Source of the DNA: Thermoplasmata archaeon
GTDB taxonomy: Archaea; Thermoplasmatota; Thermoplasmata; Lutacidiplasmatales; UBA184
Direction of reading: 5' to 3'
Assembly (NCBI GenBank): GCA_022750155.1
Contig: JAKIWG010000002.1
Location: 20,947-84,946 of the forward strand
DNA length: 64,000 nt
The translations under genes were made by a program, and so were the position numbers. The notes under the pieces are model-generated. The model was not told the DNA's origin. It did no database searches and was given only the letters and a program-made list of their open reading frames with translations. Positions 48,904 through 57,873 of the stretch are shown piece by piece; the stretch's first letter is position 1, and each line of letters starts with the position of its first letter.

Positions 48904-49359
48904 ATGGTCTATCTGAAGGATGAAGGAAGCACGTTCGACGCTCCAATCGATGTCGTTTGGAAGTACGTTTTCGGAGGCGAGGGCCACGATGGCGCTCACA
49001 AGACGACGCGGAACCCCAAGTTCGAGAAAGTTTCGGAGATAACGTTCATCTACGGCTCCGAACGGCTCTTACGGGGTAAGTGGGCACCTGATCGAATGCG
49101 GATTTCCATGTTCCCCCCCGTCTCGGTGGTCACGGAATGGCTCGAGGGGGTGCTCGCGGGATCGAAGCTCGTCTACGTTTACTCCCCGCATGGGGACAAG
49201 ACTCGAATCGATGTGTACGGCGAGTTTACGTCAATGACGCTCCCGACGAGCGAGGTCGAAGCGGCTGCTCGAGACTTTCTGCAGAGCGAGTACGACGCCG
49301 ACGCTCCCGCGATCCGGGCTTTCCTGTCAAAGGAGAAGGGAACGGCCCGAAAGTCTTAG
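48904..49359 (+). CDS. SRPBCC/START-like hypothetical protein
   Basis: FDAPIDVVWKY, beta-rich core, C-terminal helix; divergent from the HxlR gene. Confidence 0.65.
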   Translation: MVYLKDEGSTFDAPIDVVWKYVFGGEGHDGAHKTTRNPKFEKVSEITFIYGSERLLRGKWAPDRMRISMFPPVSVVTEWLEGVLAGSKLVYVYSPHGDKTRIDVYGEFTSMTLPTSEVEAAARDFLQSEYDADAPAIRAFLSKEKGTARKS

Positions 49360-49585
49360 CCCAGGCTTGAAGCCGGTGGCTTCCCTCAGGGCGAGTTCTT
49401 CGTGAGCCCACCGTTTCGCCGACAGGAGGGTGAATCTTTGCGGGACGATGGCATGGTCTAACCCCCCCCACAGTAGGAGAGCCGGGGCCGAAGGTCGCTG
49501 ATCGACTCCACCGGGGTCCGAATCGGCCCGAGGTGAAGTCGGATCTTCGAATGAGCTGGTGGGGCTTCGGGCGGGGAAAGGGGAA

Positions 49586-49694
49586 CGCCCGTGCTGGGAT
49601 TTGAACCCAGGTCTGAGGCTCCGCAGGCCTCTAGGATAATCCAGTGTAGCGGGGCGGGAGCGAATCCCGCACCCCGTAGCTACCCCACACGGGC
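49586..49694 (-). tRNA. tRNA-Arg(GCG) with a 34-nt D-loop intron (49644-49677)
   Basis: GCCCGTG/CACGGGC acceptor stem, GAGGC-CTGCGGA-GCCTC anticodon arm, CTGGG-TTCAAAT-CCCAG T arm; no encoded CCA; TTTTATAT upstream. Confidence 0.93.
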
Positions 49695-49841
49695 ATCGGA
49701 GATGTTCTGTTCCGTCCCCGGCGCGCCGAGGAGGGTCCAATATAAAAGCGGGGCGAGGGATTTGGGCTCGCGGCGGAGGACTTTATACCGCGGGGGGGTC
49801 CGTCGACCTGTCCGCGCCCCTCGGGGTGCGAGCGCTAACCG

Positions 49842-51155
49842 ATGGAGGAGGGGAGCCTGTCGGACCCCTGGCCTCGGCTGAAGGGGTTGCCGATGGGCAC
49901 CACTGTCGAGCTCGCGGGCGCCGACGGGCGGACATGGCAGGGCACCCTGGTGCCCTCGCACGAGCTTTCGGGGGAGCGCATCGTACAGCTGAAGCTGGAC
50001 TCCGGATACAACGTCGGGATCCGGGTCCATCCGGCCGACCGTCTGGTCGTGCTCGAACGACCCGCTCGCGCCAACGGGGAGCCATCCGCATCCGGTGCTT
50101 CGCCGGCGCCGGAGATCTTGCCGGGTCACGTAGCGCTGCTCACTACCGGTGGGACGATTGCGTCCCGGGTGGACTACCGGACTGGCGGGGTGCGTCCGGT
50201 CCGTGAGGAGTCTGAGATCCTATCGTTCTACCCCGACCTCAGCCGCGACGGCCCCGTCCACGTCATTCCGGTGTTCGACCGCCTGAGCGAGGAGATCTCC
50301 CCACCCGATTGGGCGACCCTCGCCGCCCACGTGGCGGAGGCGTTCCGTCGGGGGGCCCACGGCGTGGTCATCGCGCACGGCACGGACACCCTGGCCTTCA
50401 CGTCGGCCGCCCTGGCCTTCCAGCTCCGCAGGCTTCCGGGGCCGGTCGTGCTGGTTGGGGCCCAGCGTTCTCCGGACCGCCCCTCTTCCGACGGGCCGGG
50501 CAATCTGCAGGCCGCGGTCCGGCTCGCGCGCCATACCACGCTGGGGGAAGTGGTCGTGCTCATGCACGCGGGGCTTTCCGACGATCGCTACGCGATTCAT
50601 CGTGGAACCCGCGTTCGCAAGATGCATTCGAGCCGTCGCGATGCGTTCCAGAGCCGCAACGGACCGCCGCTCGGATGGGTGGGGGCGGAAGGGGTCGTCC
50701 TCGACCAGCCGTACCGGTCGGCCGAGGCCGGGGAGGTCACCGTGGAGCCGCTCGAGTCCCGGGGCGGCATCCTCTGGTCGTTCCCCGGCCTCGATGCGGC
50801 GTCGGCGGCCCGTTTCGTCGAGCCCCTGCGGGGGGTCGTGCTCGCGGGAACCGGACTCGGCCACGTCAGCTCGATCCACCTCCCGTGGATCCGCGAGGCG
50901 GTGAAGCGCGGGGTCGTGGTGGCGATGACGACACAGTGTCTGGAGGGTCCTGCCGATCCGTTCGTGTATGCGACGGGCAGGGAGCTACTACGTGCGGGCG
51001 TCCTCTACCTCGACGACCTGCTTCCGGAAACGGCGTATGCGAAGATGCTCTGGGCGCTCGCGGCGTCGACCGACCCCGTCGAGGTCCGACGCCTGATGAA
51101 GCTCGACCTCGCCGGGGAGTTCTCGCCGCGGCACAGCGTGGGGGGCCCCGCGTGA
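49842..51155 (+). CDS. gatD: Glu-tRNA(Gln) amidotransferase subunit D
   Basis: LKLDSGYNVG, TTGGTIASRVDYRTG, HGTDT, GAQRSPDRPSSD, RKMHSSRRDAF. Confidence 0.96.
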   Translation: MEEGSLSDPWPRLKGLPMGTTVELAGADGRTWQGTLVPSHELSGERIVQLKLDSGYNVGIRVHPADRLVVLERPARANGEPSASGASPAPEILPGHVALLTTGGTIASRVDYRTGGVRPVREESEILSFYPDLSRDGPVHVIPVFDRLSEEISPPDWATLAAHVAEAFRRGAHGVVIAHGTDTLAFTSAALAFQLRRLPGPVVLVGAQRSPDRPSSDGPGNLQAAVRLARHTTLGEVVVLMHAGLSDDRYAIHRGTRVRKMHSSRRDAFQSRNGPPLGWVGAEGVVLDQPYRSAEAGEVTVEPLESRGGILWSFPGLDAASAARFVEPLRGVVLAGTGLGHVSSIHLPWIREAVKRGVVVAMTTQCLEGPADPFVYATGRELLRAGVLYLDDLLPETAYAKMLWALAASTDPVEVRRLMKLDLAGEFSPRHSVGGPA

Positions 51156-53023
51156 AGGCGGGCCTCGAGGTCCACCAGCAGCTCGCGACGAACAAGCTGT
51201 TCTGCGCATGTCCGTCGGAGCTCTCCGAGTCGGTGACCGCGGTCGTCCGACGGAGGCTGAGGGCGACCGGGGGCGAGAGCCACCAGATCGACCCCGCGGC
51301 CGCGTTCCAGGCGGCCCGGGGGCTGACGTACGCCTACGAGGCGGTGACGACGAGCTGTCTCGTTGACCTCGACGAAGAGCCCCCCCACCCCCTCAACGAG
51401 GACGCGCTCAACGTCGCCCTTACGATGGCGCTCCTGCTCCACGCGCGTCCGCTCGACGAGGTCGAGGTGATGCGGAAGATCGTGGTCGACGGGTCGAACA
51501 CCGCCGGCTTCCAACGGACCGCGCTCGTCGCGGTCGATGGGTTCGTGGAGGTCGCCGGTCGCCGATACAGCACCCCGACGATCTGCCTGGAGGAGGACGC
51601 GGCCCGCAAGGTCGGGGAGGAGCAGGACGAGCTCGGGTACCGGCTCGACCGGCTGGGGATCCCCCTCATCGAGATCGCGACGGGTCCCGAAATCCGCTCG
51701 GGCGCCGAGGCCCGAGAGGTCGCCGAGGAGCTGGGAGCGCTTCTTCGGGCCACGGGCAAGGTCCGGCGGGGGATCGGAAGCATTCGCGAGGACCTCAACG
51801 TCTCGACGGAGGGCGGGGCCCGGGTCGAGATCAAGGGGGTCCAGGAACTACGATTGCTCCACCGGTACGCGGAGATCGAGGAGGAACGCCAGAAGGTGCT
51901 CCTAGGGGTGCAAGGCACCCTCCGTGATCGGAAGGTCCTGCCCCCGGAAGGGTTGCCGATGGATGTTTCGGACGCGCTTCGTCCGGTGGCGTCCGGGCCG
52001 ATGGGGGAGGCCCTCGCCCGTGACGGACGCGTGATCGCACTCGGACTGCCCGGATTCTCCGGGCTGCTGCGGTCCCCCCCCGGGTCGGGCGAGCGCCTCG
52101 GCCGGGAACTCGCGGACTCCGCACGGGCCGCGGGGCTTCGCGGGCTATTCCATTCCGACGAGGTCCCCGCCCAAGGCGTCGATGCCTCGTGCGCCTCGAC
52201 GCTGCGTGCACGGCTCGGCCTGGGACCAGAGGACGCATTCGTACTGTTCGCGGAGCGGCCGGTCGGCTCGGCCGAACGGGCCGTCGCGGCGGTCCGACGT
52301 CGTGCGCGACAGGCGATCGAGGGGATCCCCTCGGAGACGCGGGACCCGTTGCCGGACGGAAGGAGCCGGTACTCCCGCCCCCTCCCGGGTCGGGACCGGA
52401 TGTATCCGGAGACGGACGTGCCGCCGATCCCAGTGACCGCCGAGCGTCTCGATCGCCTGAGGGCCTCGCTCCCCCAGCGTCCGGAGCTCGTGCGAGCGCG
52501 GATCGTCCGGGAGACCGGGCTCGGCGGCGAGCTGGTTCGACAAATGCAGCGCTCCGGCGACCTCGAGCTGTTCGAGACGCTGGTCGGCCAGGGGCATTCC
52601 GCCGGGTCCGTGAGCCGCCTGCTTACGCAGGACCTCCCCGCGGTGCGCGAGCAGGTGCCGAGCGGCTCGGAGCGGTTCTCCGGGAGCCTGCTGGACTCGG
52701 TGCTCACCGAACTCGACCGGGGGGCGTTCTCCAAGGAAGGGCTCCCGCCGGTGCTCCTTGCGCTCTCGAGAGGCGCCGTCTCGGTGGAGGAGGCGATCCA
52801 ACGGGCGGGGCTCGCCCAGATGTCGACGACCGAGCTGCGCGAGGCGGCGAACCGACTCGTATCGGAGAACCGCGCGATGATCGACGAACGAGGGCCGGCC
52901 GCGTTCTCGCCGCTCATGGGGGACCTCATGCGCGCCGTGCGGGGCCGCCGGGACGGCAAAGAGGTCGCCGAAGCGTTGCGGGCTGCCCTCTCCGATCGTC
53001 CGGCGCCGACCGGCGGGGCGTAA
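51152..53023 (+). CDS. gatE: Glu-tRNA(Gln) amidotransferase subunit E
   Basis: GLEVHQQL, DEEPPH, MRKIVVDGSNTAGFQRT, LDRLGIPLIEIAT, RMYPETD; GTG overlaps the gatD stop. Confidence 0.96.
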   Translation: MKAGLEVHQQLATNKLFCACPSELSESVTAVVRRRLRATGGESHQIDPAAAFQAARGLTYAYEAVTTSCLVDLDEEPPHPLNEDALNVALTMALLLHARPLDEVEVMRKIVVDGSNTAGFQRTALVAVDGFVEVAGRRYSTPTICLEEDAARKVGEEQDELGYRLDRLGIPLIEIATGPEIRSGAEAREVAEELGALLRATGKVRRGIGSIREDLNVSTEGGARVEIKGVQELRLLHRYAEIEEERQKVLLGVQGTLRDRKVLPPEGLPMDVSDALRPVASGPMGEALARDGRVIALGLPGFSGLLRSPPGSGERLGRELADSARAAGLRGLFHSDEVPAQGVDASCASTLRARLGLGPEDAFVLFAERPVGSAERAVAAVRRRARQAIEGIPSETRDPLPDGRSRYSRPLPGRDRMYPETDVPPIPVTAERLDRLRASLPQRPELVRARIVRETGLGGELVRQMQRSGDLELFETLVGQGHSAGSVSRLLTQDLPAVREQVPSGSERFSGSLLDSVLTELDRGAFSKEGLPPVLLALSRGAVSVEEAIQRAGLAQMSTTELREAANRLVSENRAMIDERGPAAFSPLMGDLMRAVRGRRDGKEVAEALRAALSDRPAPTGGA

Positions 53024-53039
53024 CGGGGGGCCGCGGGCG

Positions 53040-53795
53040 GTGGTGCCACGGCGCGGCTCCGGCTCGCGTCCGATCCGGGCGGTGGTCACCGACATAGACG
53101 GCACCCTCACCGATCACGATCGACGCCTCGACACGAAGGCGGTCGAACTCCTTCGGACGCTTCACGACGCCCAGGTCCCGGTCTTCCTCGCGACCGGCAA
53201 CGTGCTTCCCATCGCCCTGGCGCTCCATCGGTCGATCGGTCTTACCGGGCCGATCGTCGCGGAGAACGGGGGGATCCTCTACGAGCGCCGGGACGGGGTC
53301 GAGCACATCGAGCGGCTCGCGAGGCGCGCGCTCGCGCTGACCCAGTTCCGTCGACTCCGCCGGCGGGGGTTCGACCTTCGGCCGTTGTTCACCGACCGAT
53401 GGCGCGAGACGGAGGTCGGGCTCGAGCCGAATGTCGAGCCCGGCGAACTCGCCCCCTTCCTCCGAGGAACCCCCGTCCGGGTGGAAGGGACGGGGTTCGC
53501 CATCCATCTCATGGAACGGGGGGCCGGGAAGTTGCCGGCGCTGCGGCGAGCGCTGCGGACCTCGGGACTGACCCTCTTCGATTGCCTCGTCGCCGGGGAC
53601 GGGGACAACGACGTGGCGATGCTCCGGGCCGCGGGCTGGGCGGTCACCTTCGCTTCGGGAAGCCCGAGGGCGAAGAAGGCGGCCGACTACGTCGCCGACG
53701 CGTCGTCCTCGCAGGGTTTCGTCGAAGCCCTTAAGGCGAGCGGGGTGGTCCCGGGCCGTGGCTCCAGTCGGAGGAGCGACGATGCTCGTCGGTAG
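53040..53795 (+). CDS. HAD phosphoglycolate phosphatase (TA0175-type)
   Basis: DIDGTLT, ATGN, AENGG, GDGDND. Confidence 0.88.
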   Translation: MVPRRGSGSRPIRAVVTDIDGTLTDHDRRLDTKAVELLRTLHDAQVPVFLATGNVLPIALALHRSIGLTGPIVAENGGILYERRDGVEHIERLARRALALTQFRRLRRRGFDLRPLFTDRWRETEVGLEPNVEPGELAPFLRGTPVRVEGTGFAIHLMERGAGKLPALRRALRTSGLTLFDCLVAGDGDNDVAMLRAAGWAVTFASGSPRAKKAADYVADASSSQGFVEALKASGVVPGRGSSRRSDDARR

Positions 53796-53964
53796 CTGCG
53801 CACGCTGCGGCGCGCCGGCGACGCTGCGCTGCACCTTCTGCGGGCGCACGTTCTGCCACAACTGCTTGGACGCCGACGAGCGGGTCTGTCCGGAGTGTCA
53901 CGCGATGCAGAAGAAGCAGAAGGGACCGACGGGGATCCGGCTCCCCCCCTCACGCCGGGGCTGA
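53782..53964 (+). CDS. Small Cys-rich zinc-finger protein
   Basis: Four CxxC pairs in 60 aa; GGAGG SD upstream. Confidence 0.7.
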   Translation: MLVGSCARCGAPATLRCTFCGRTFCHNCLDADERVCPECHAMQKKQKGPTGIRLPPSRRG

Positions 53965-53991
53965 ACGCGCTCGGCGCGCCGTTCGGGCCGG

Positions 53992-54354
53992 CTAGTATTC
54001 CGCTCCGGGGAGCACGAACGGGCCCCGCGGGGCCCCGCGCGCGACGAGGAGGAGGACGACCCCGACGAACCCGGTGACCGCTCCGAAGGCGGCGGTCGCC
54101 CAGGCGTACGTCCCGAGGTGGGTGGTGATGAGCGAGGGGCCGACGGTCCATCCACCGGACGGGGCCGTCGCGTGGAGCGCGAGATTGAGCGACAGGGCGA
54201 GGCCCCAACCGAGGACGATGAGCACCCCCCCGGCGATGAACAGGCCGATCCGGTCGTCTCCGCCCGGATCCTCGGAAGGAACGGCGGGCGTCTCCTGCAG
54301 GTCCGTCACGGGCGTCGATGGGACGATCCCATCGTAATATCCGTTGCCCCGCAC
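53992..54354 (-). CDS. Two-TM membrane protein
   Basis: Two hydrophobic helices; start uncertain. Confidence 0.55.
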   Translation of the reverse strand: MRGNGYYDGIVPSTPVTDLQETPAVPSEDPGGDDRIGLFIAGGVLIVLGWGLALSLNLALHATAPSGGWTVGPSLITTHLGTYAWATAAFGAVTGFVGVVLLLVARGAPRGPFVLPGAEY

Positions 54355-54422
54355 CCCGACCGGTCACCGCGCGGTGCGTCGTGACGCTGGGGGCCTCCCG
54401 GAGCTCGGCGACGACCGTTCGC

Positions 54423-54719
54423 CTAGGCGAATCCGGGGACCGACTTGGAATCCTTGCTGCCCATCTTGACCGGGGCACGCCGAAGTTCCTTCGGGCACTC
54501 CACCAGCCGGACGAGCGGCGCGGACTGGACGATGTAGGCCGGGAGGCCGGTGTTCGGGTCGTGGCCGGCGCGCAGGATGTTCATGATCTCGAGCTTGACC
54601 TCGATGATCGAGCCGTCCTTCAGCTTCAGGCGGACTTTCGCATCGCCCTCGATCGCCGTATAGTCGACGATCTCGGCGTTCGATAGGTCCGGTTGGGGAC
54701 CCCCCTGTCCTCCGATCAT
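54423..54719 (-). CDS. Conserved-looking hypothetical protein coupled to rpl11
   Basis: ATGA overlap with rpl11; KLKDGSII.VK...G.DP.TGLP.Y pattern. Confidence 0.75.
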   Translation of the reverse strand: MIGGQGGPQPDLSNAEIVDYTAIEGDAKVRLKLKDGSIIEVKLEIMNILRAGHDPNTGLPAYIVQSAPLVRLVECPKELRRAPVKMGSKDSKSVPGFA

Positions 54720-55177
54720 GAGTTCCTCGCCGCGACCCGCGCCTTCAGCAGGAGCCTCGGGTCCTGGCCGTCGACGGTCAATCCCATCGAGGTGCAGGTG
54801 CCGATGACCTGGTTGACCTTCTCCTCGACGCTGCGGCCGAACAGGTCCGCGCCCTTCGCGTCGGCGATCCGGCGGACCGCCTCGAGCGATACGTCGCCCA
54901 GGACCTCGCCTTTCGGCTTCCCGGATCCCTTCTCCTTCCCGGCTTCCTTCAGGAGCAGGGCGGCGACGGGGGGTCGGCCGACCTCGAGCGTGAAGGCGCG
55001 GGTGTTCGCATCGACCTTGATCAGCACGGGGACCCGCATCCCCTCGAACTGCTTGGTCTGTTCGTTGATCTTCTGGACGACCTGTGCGACGTTCACGCCG
55101 AGCGGCCCGAGGGCCGCTCCGAGCGTCGCGCCCGCGGCCGCCTTTCCTCCCTCGACCAGCACACTGACTTCAGGCAT
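54716..55177 (-). CDS. rpl11: 50S ribosomal protein L11
   Basis: LVEGGKA, LGPLGVNV, F.GM.VPV, PP.A.LL, GTCTSMGLTVDG. Confidence 0.95.
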   Translation of the reverse strand: MPEVSVLVEGGKAAAGATLGAALGPLGVNVAQVVQKINEQTKQFEGMRVPVLIKVDANTRAFTLEVGRPPVAALLLKEAGKEKGSGKPKGEVLGDVSLEAVRRIADAKGADLFGRSVEEKVNQVIGTCTSMGLTVDGQDPRLLLKARVAARNS

Positions 55178-56165
55178 TCTTGCCTCCTCCTCCCTTCTCC
55201 AGCATGCGGACGTGGTCTCCCCGCACCGTGACGGGGATCGGCACGACCGCTTCGATGAGCTCGACGGTGATCTCCTCCTTGGCCTGGTCGATCTTCCGGA
55301 CCCGGGCCTTCTCGCCCTTGAACGGCCCGGCGATGAGCTCGACGATCGCCCCTTCGACGAACCCTTCGACCGTGATCTTCGGGACGAGCAGGGGCTCGAC
55401 CTCCTTCAACGTGGTCTCCCCGGCGACGAGTCCGCGGGCCTTGCGGATCCCCTTGAGCATCTCGTGGACGCCCTCGAAGCTCATCCCCTCGGCGAAGACG
55501 TACCCGCGCAGCGCGGCCGGCACCAGCAGGGCGAAGACGACGTCCGGCTTCTCCTCGGCCCGGGCGAGGAGCGTGTCGGCGACCTCGCGCTCGTAGCCTC
55601 GGGAGGTCTTGATGGCCAGGACGGCCTGGCGGGCGACGCACGACAGGATCGATTTCGCCGGGCGGCTCCCGTCCTCCCACTGCGCGGAGAGGCGGATCTC
55701 GACCTTGTCGCCATATCGGACCCCCACCGGGGCCGTGATCTCGAAGGAGAACGGGACCGGGACTCCGGGTTGGAGGGTCACCGTCGATTGCTGCTTCGCC
55801 CCCACGATCTCCTGGAAGCTCCGCTTGCCGGGGGGGAGCCAGGAGACCGGCCACTCGGCGCCCTCGCCCGGATAGGTCGACGTGTAGGCGATCTCGACCT
55901 GAACCGTCGCGGCCCCCGCGTTGGGATGCGCGCTCGAAAGGACCACGGAGAGGGTGGTGATCGTGCCGGCGGTGACGGGGCGCATCGCGTCGTCGGCGAC
56001 CTTGAAGGAGAGCAGTCCGGGCAGCTCCGCCTTCGGCGGGGTCGGGGGAGCGGCCGTCACGGCGGTGCCGGGGGTGGCGGCCGCCGGCCCCTTTGCGGGG
56101 GCGACGGCGGCGGGGCTCTCCCCGCTCAACAGACCGATGCCCTCCTCCGGAGGATTTGCCCGCAT
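55170..56165 (-). CDS. spt5: Transcription elongation factor Spt5/NusG with N-terminal extension
   Basis: NGN domain (KTSRGYEREVA, LRGYVFAE) and KOW (IVELIAGPFKGEKARV); between secE and rpl11. Confidence 0.92.
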   Translation of the reverse strand: MRANPPEEGIGLLSGESPAAVAPAKGPAAATPGTAVTAAPPTPPKAELPGLLSFKVADDAMRPVTAGTITTLSVVLSSAHPNAGAATVQVEIAYTSTYPGEGAEWPVSWLPPGKRSFQEIVGAKQQSTVTLQPGVPVPFSFEITAPVGVRYGDKVEIRLSAQWEDGSRPAKSILSCVARQAVLAIKTSRGYEREVADTLLARAEEKPDVVFALLVPAALRGYVFAEGMSFEGVHEMLKGIRKARGLVAGETTLKEVEPLLVPKITVEGFVEGAIVELIAGPFKGEKARVRKIDQAKEEITVELIEAVVPIPVTVRGDHVRMLEKGGGGKNA

Positions 56166-56186
56166 GGATGACCGTCCCGCCGATCC

Positions 56187-56432
56187 CTACAGGCCCTGGA
56201 AGTAGTTCGTCCAGAGCCAGGGGCCGGCCTGAGAGAAGAAGATGTAGATCATGAACCCGACGGAGCCGATGATCACGGCGCCGAGCGCGGTGACCTCGAG
56301 GACCTTGACGTACTCGTCGACGGCGGGCTTGCGCGCCATCCGCAGGATGCGCCCGTACTTCCCGTGCCCGACGTTGCGTAGCCGCCCGTCGAACTGGTCC
56401 TGTACTTGCCGTGCGCGGTCGAGGAATGCCAT
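56187..56432 (-). CDS. secE: Protein translocase SecE / Sec61-gamma
   Basis: YGRILRMARKP..EY, G.VGFMIY; conserved gene order. Confidence 0.92.
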   Translation of the reverse strand: MAFLDRARQVQDQFDGRLRNVGHGKYGRILRMARKPAVDEYVKVLEVTALGAVIIGSVGFMIYIFFSQAGPWLWTNYFQGL

Positions 56433-56439
56433 GGTGCAC

Positions 56440-57564
56440 CTAACGGACGAGGTCGATCTCCGGACCGGACTTGCGGGCCGAGGCAGCCCCGCCGGGGGCC
56501 CCTCCGAAAATCTGGGGGGATTTAACTCCGGTGACCACCAACATCACGCGGATCGTGCTCTGCATCGTCGGGTCGACGGCGGCCCCCCAGATGATCCGTG
56601 CCGTCGGGGAGATCGCTTTCTGGACGACCTCGGCGGCCTTCTGCGCCTCGCTGACGGTCATGTCCGGGCCGCCCGTCACGTTGATGAGGGCGCCGGTGGC
56701 CCCCGCGATGTCCACGCGAAGGAGCGGGGAGTTGATCGCCTCGAGGACCGCGTCCTCGGCCCGGTTGTCGCTTTCGGACTCGCCGATGCCGATGAGGGCG
56801 ACGCCGCCGCCCTTCATGATCGTCCGAAGGTCGTTGAAATCCAGGTTGACGAGGCCGGGGCGGGTGATGATCTCGGTGATGCCCCGGATGGCACGGGCGA
56901 GCACGGAGTCGGCCACCTTGAATGCGGTTTGGATCGGTAGACGGGGCACGAGCTCCAGGAGACGGTCGTTGGGGATGGTGATCACGGTGTCGATCGTCGA
57001 ACGCAGCCGCTCGAGTCCCCACATCGCGTTCTCGGCACGGACGAGCCCCTCGGAGGTGAACGGTAGCGTGCAGACGGCGATCGTGAGCGGATTGCCGCCG
57101 TTCGCGTCCTTGGCGAGCTGGGCGACCACCGGCGCCGAACCGGTCCCGGTGCCTCCCCCCAGACCGAGGGTGATGAACACCATGTCGCTGTCCGAGAGGG
57201 CCTTCTTGAGCTCCTCCTCGGCCTCGTGGGCCGCCTGCTCCCCGACCTGGGGGAGTGCGCCCGCCCCGAGACCGCGGGTCAGCCTGCGCCCCAGGAGGAT
57301 CTTCTTGGGGGCATGGATGGCGAGCAGGTGCTGAGCGTCGGTGTTGCACGCGACCATGTCGGCGCCGGAGAGTCCCTCCTCCGCGAGCCGATTGATCGTG
57401 TTGCATCCTCCGCCCCCGCAGCCTACGACCTTGATGTTGGTCTTCAGGGAGGCAAGGACCGACTCCAGTTCGGCGTCGTCCGCCCCGGGAGCCGGGGGGC
57501 TCGGCACGCCGCGCTTGGGGTCTTGCGGAAGGTGGGAGAGAATCTCCTGGGCTAGCGGTCGCAT
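56440..57564 (-). CDS. ftsZ: Cell division protein FtsZ (FtsZ1 context)
   Basis: VVGCGGGGCN, NTDAQHL, GLGGGTGTG, NLDFND. Confidence 0.97.
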   Translation of the reverse strand: MRPLAQEILSHLPQDPKRGVPSPPAPGADDAELESVLASLKTNIKVVGCGGGGCNTINRLAEEGLSGADMVACNTDAQHLLAIHAPKKILLGRRLTRGLGAGALPQVGEQAAHEAEEELKKALSDSDMVFITLGLGGGTGTGSAPVVAQLAKDANGGNPLTIAVCTLPFTSEGLVRAENAMWGLERLRSTIDTVITIPNDRLLELVPRLPIQTAFKVADSVLARAIRGITEIITRPGLVNLDFNDLRTIMKGGGVALIGIGESESDNRAEDAVLEAINSPLLRVDIAGATGALINVTGGPDMTVSEAQKAAEVVQKAISPTARIIWGAAVDPTMQSTIRVMLVVTGVKSPQIFGGAPGGAASARKSGPEIDLVR

Positions 57565-57598
57565 GACGGTAATCCTCGAGGCGGGGAGCAGACACCAT

Positions 57599-57606
57599 CT
57601 TATAAA
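57599..57606 (-). promoter_or_regulatory. TATA box of the ftsZ operon
   Basis: TTTATAAG about 35 nt upstream of the ftsZ ATG. Confidence 0.6.
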
Positions 57607-57873
57607 TCGCTAGCCGAGTCGGGAGGCTCGGATTCCTCTCGGTTCCGCGGTCGTTCCACCGAGGGGGAATCGCCGTCGGGCGAACGCACCGGGCGCCCGC
57701 GGTCGGTGGAACGCCGTCCGCTCGGCGTGACCATCGGAAACCGGACGCCCCGCCGTTCTCCGAGGGAGGGAAATCTCTCCAGGCCGGTCGTGGGACCCGA
57801 CGGAAGCTCGACCCCCCATGGCGCGGTGGTCGCGGGCTATATCCCCGAATCCGTCTCGCGGGTGGGGTCGGCC

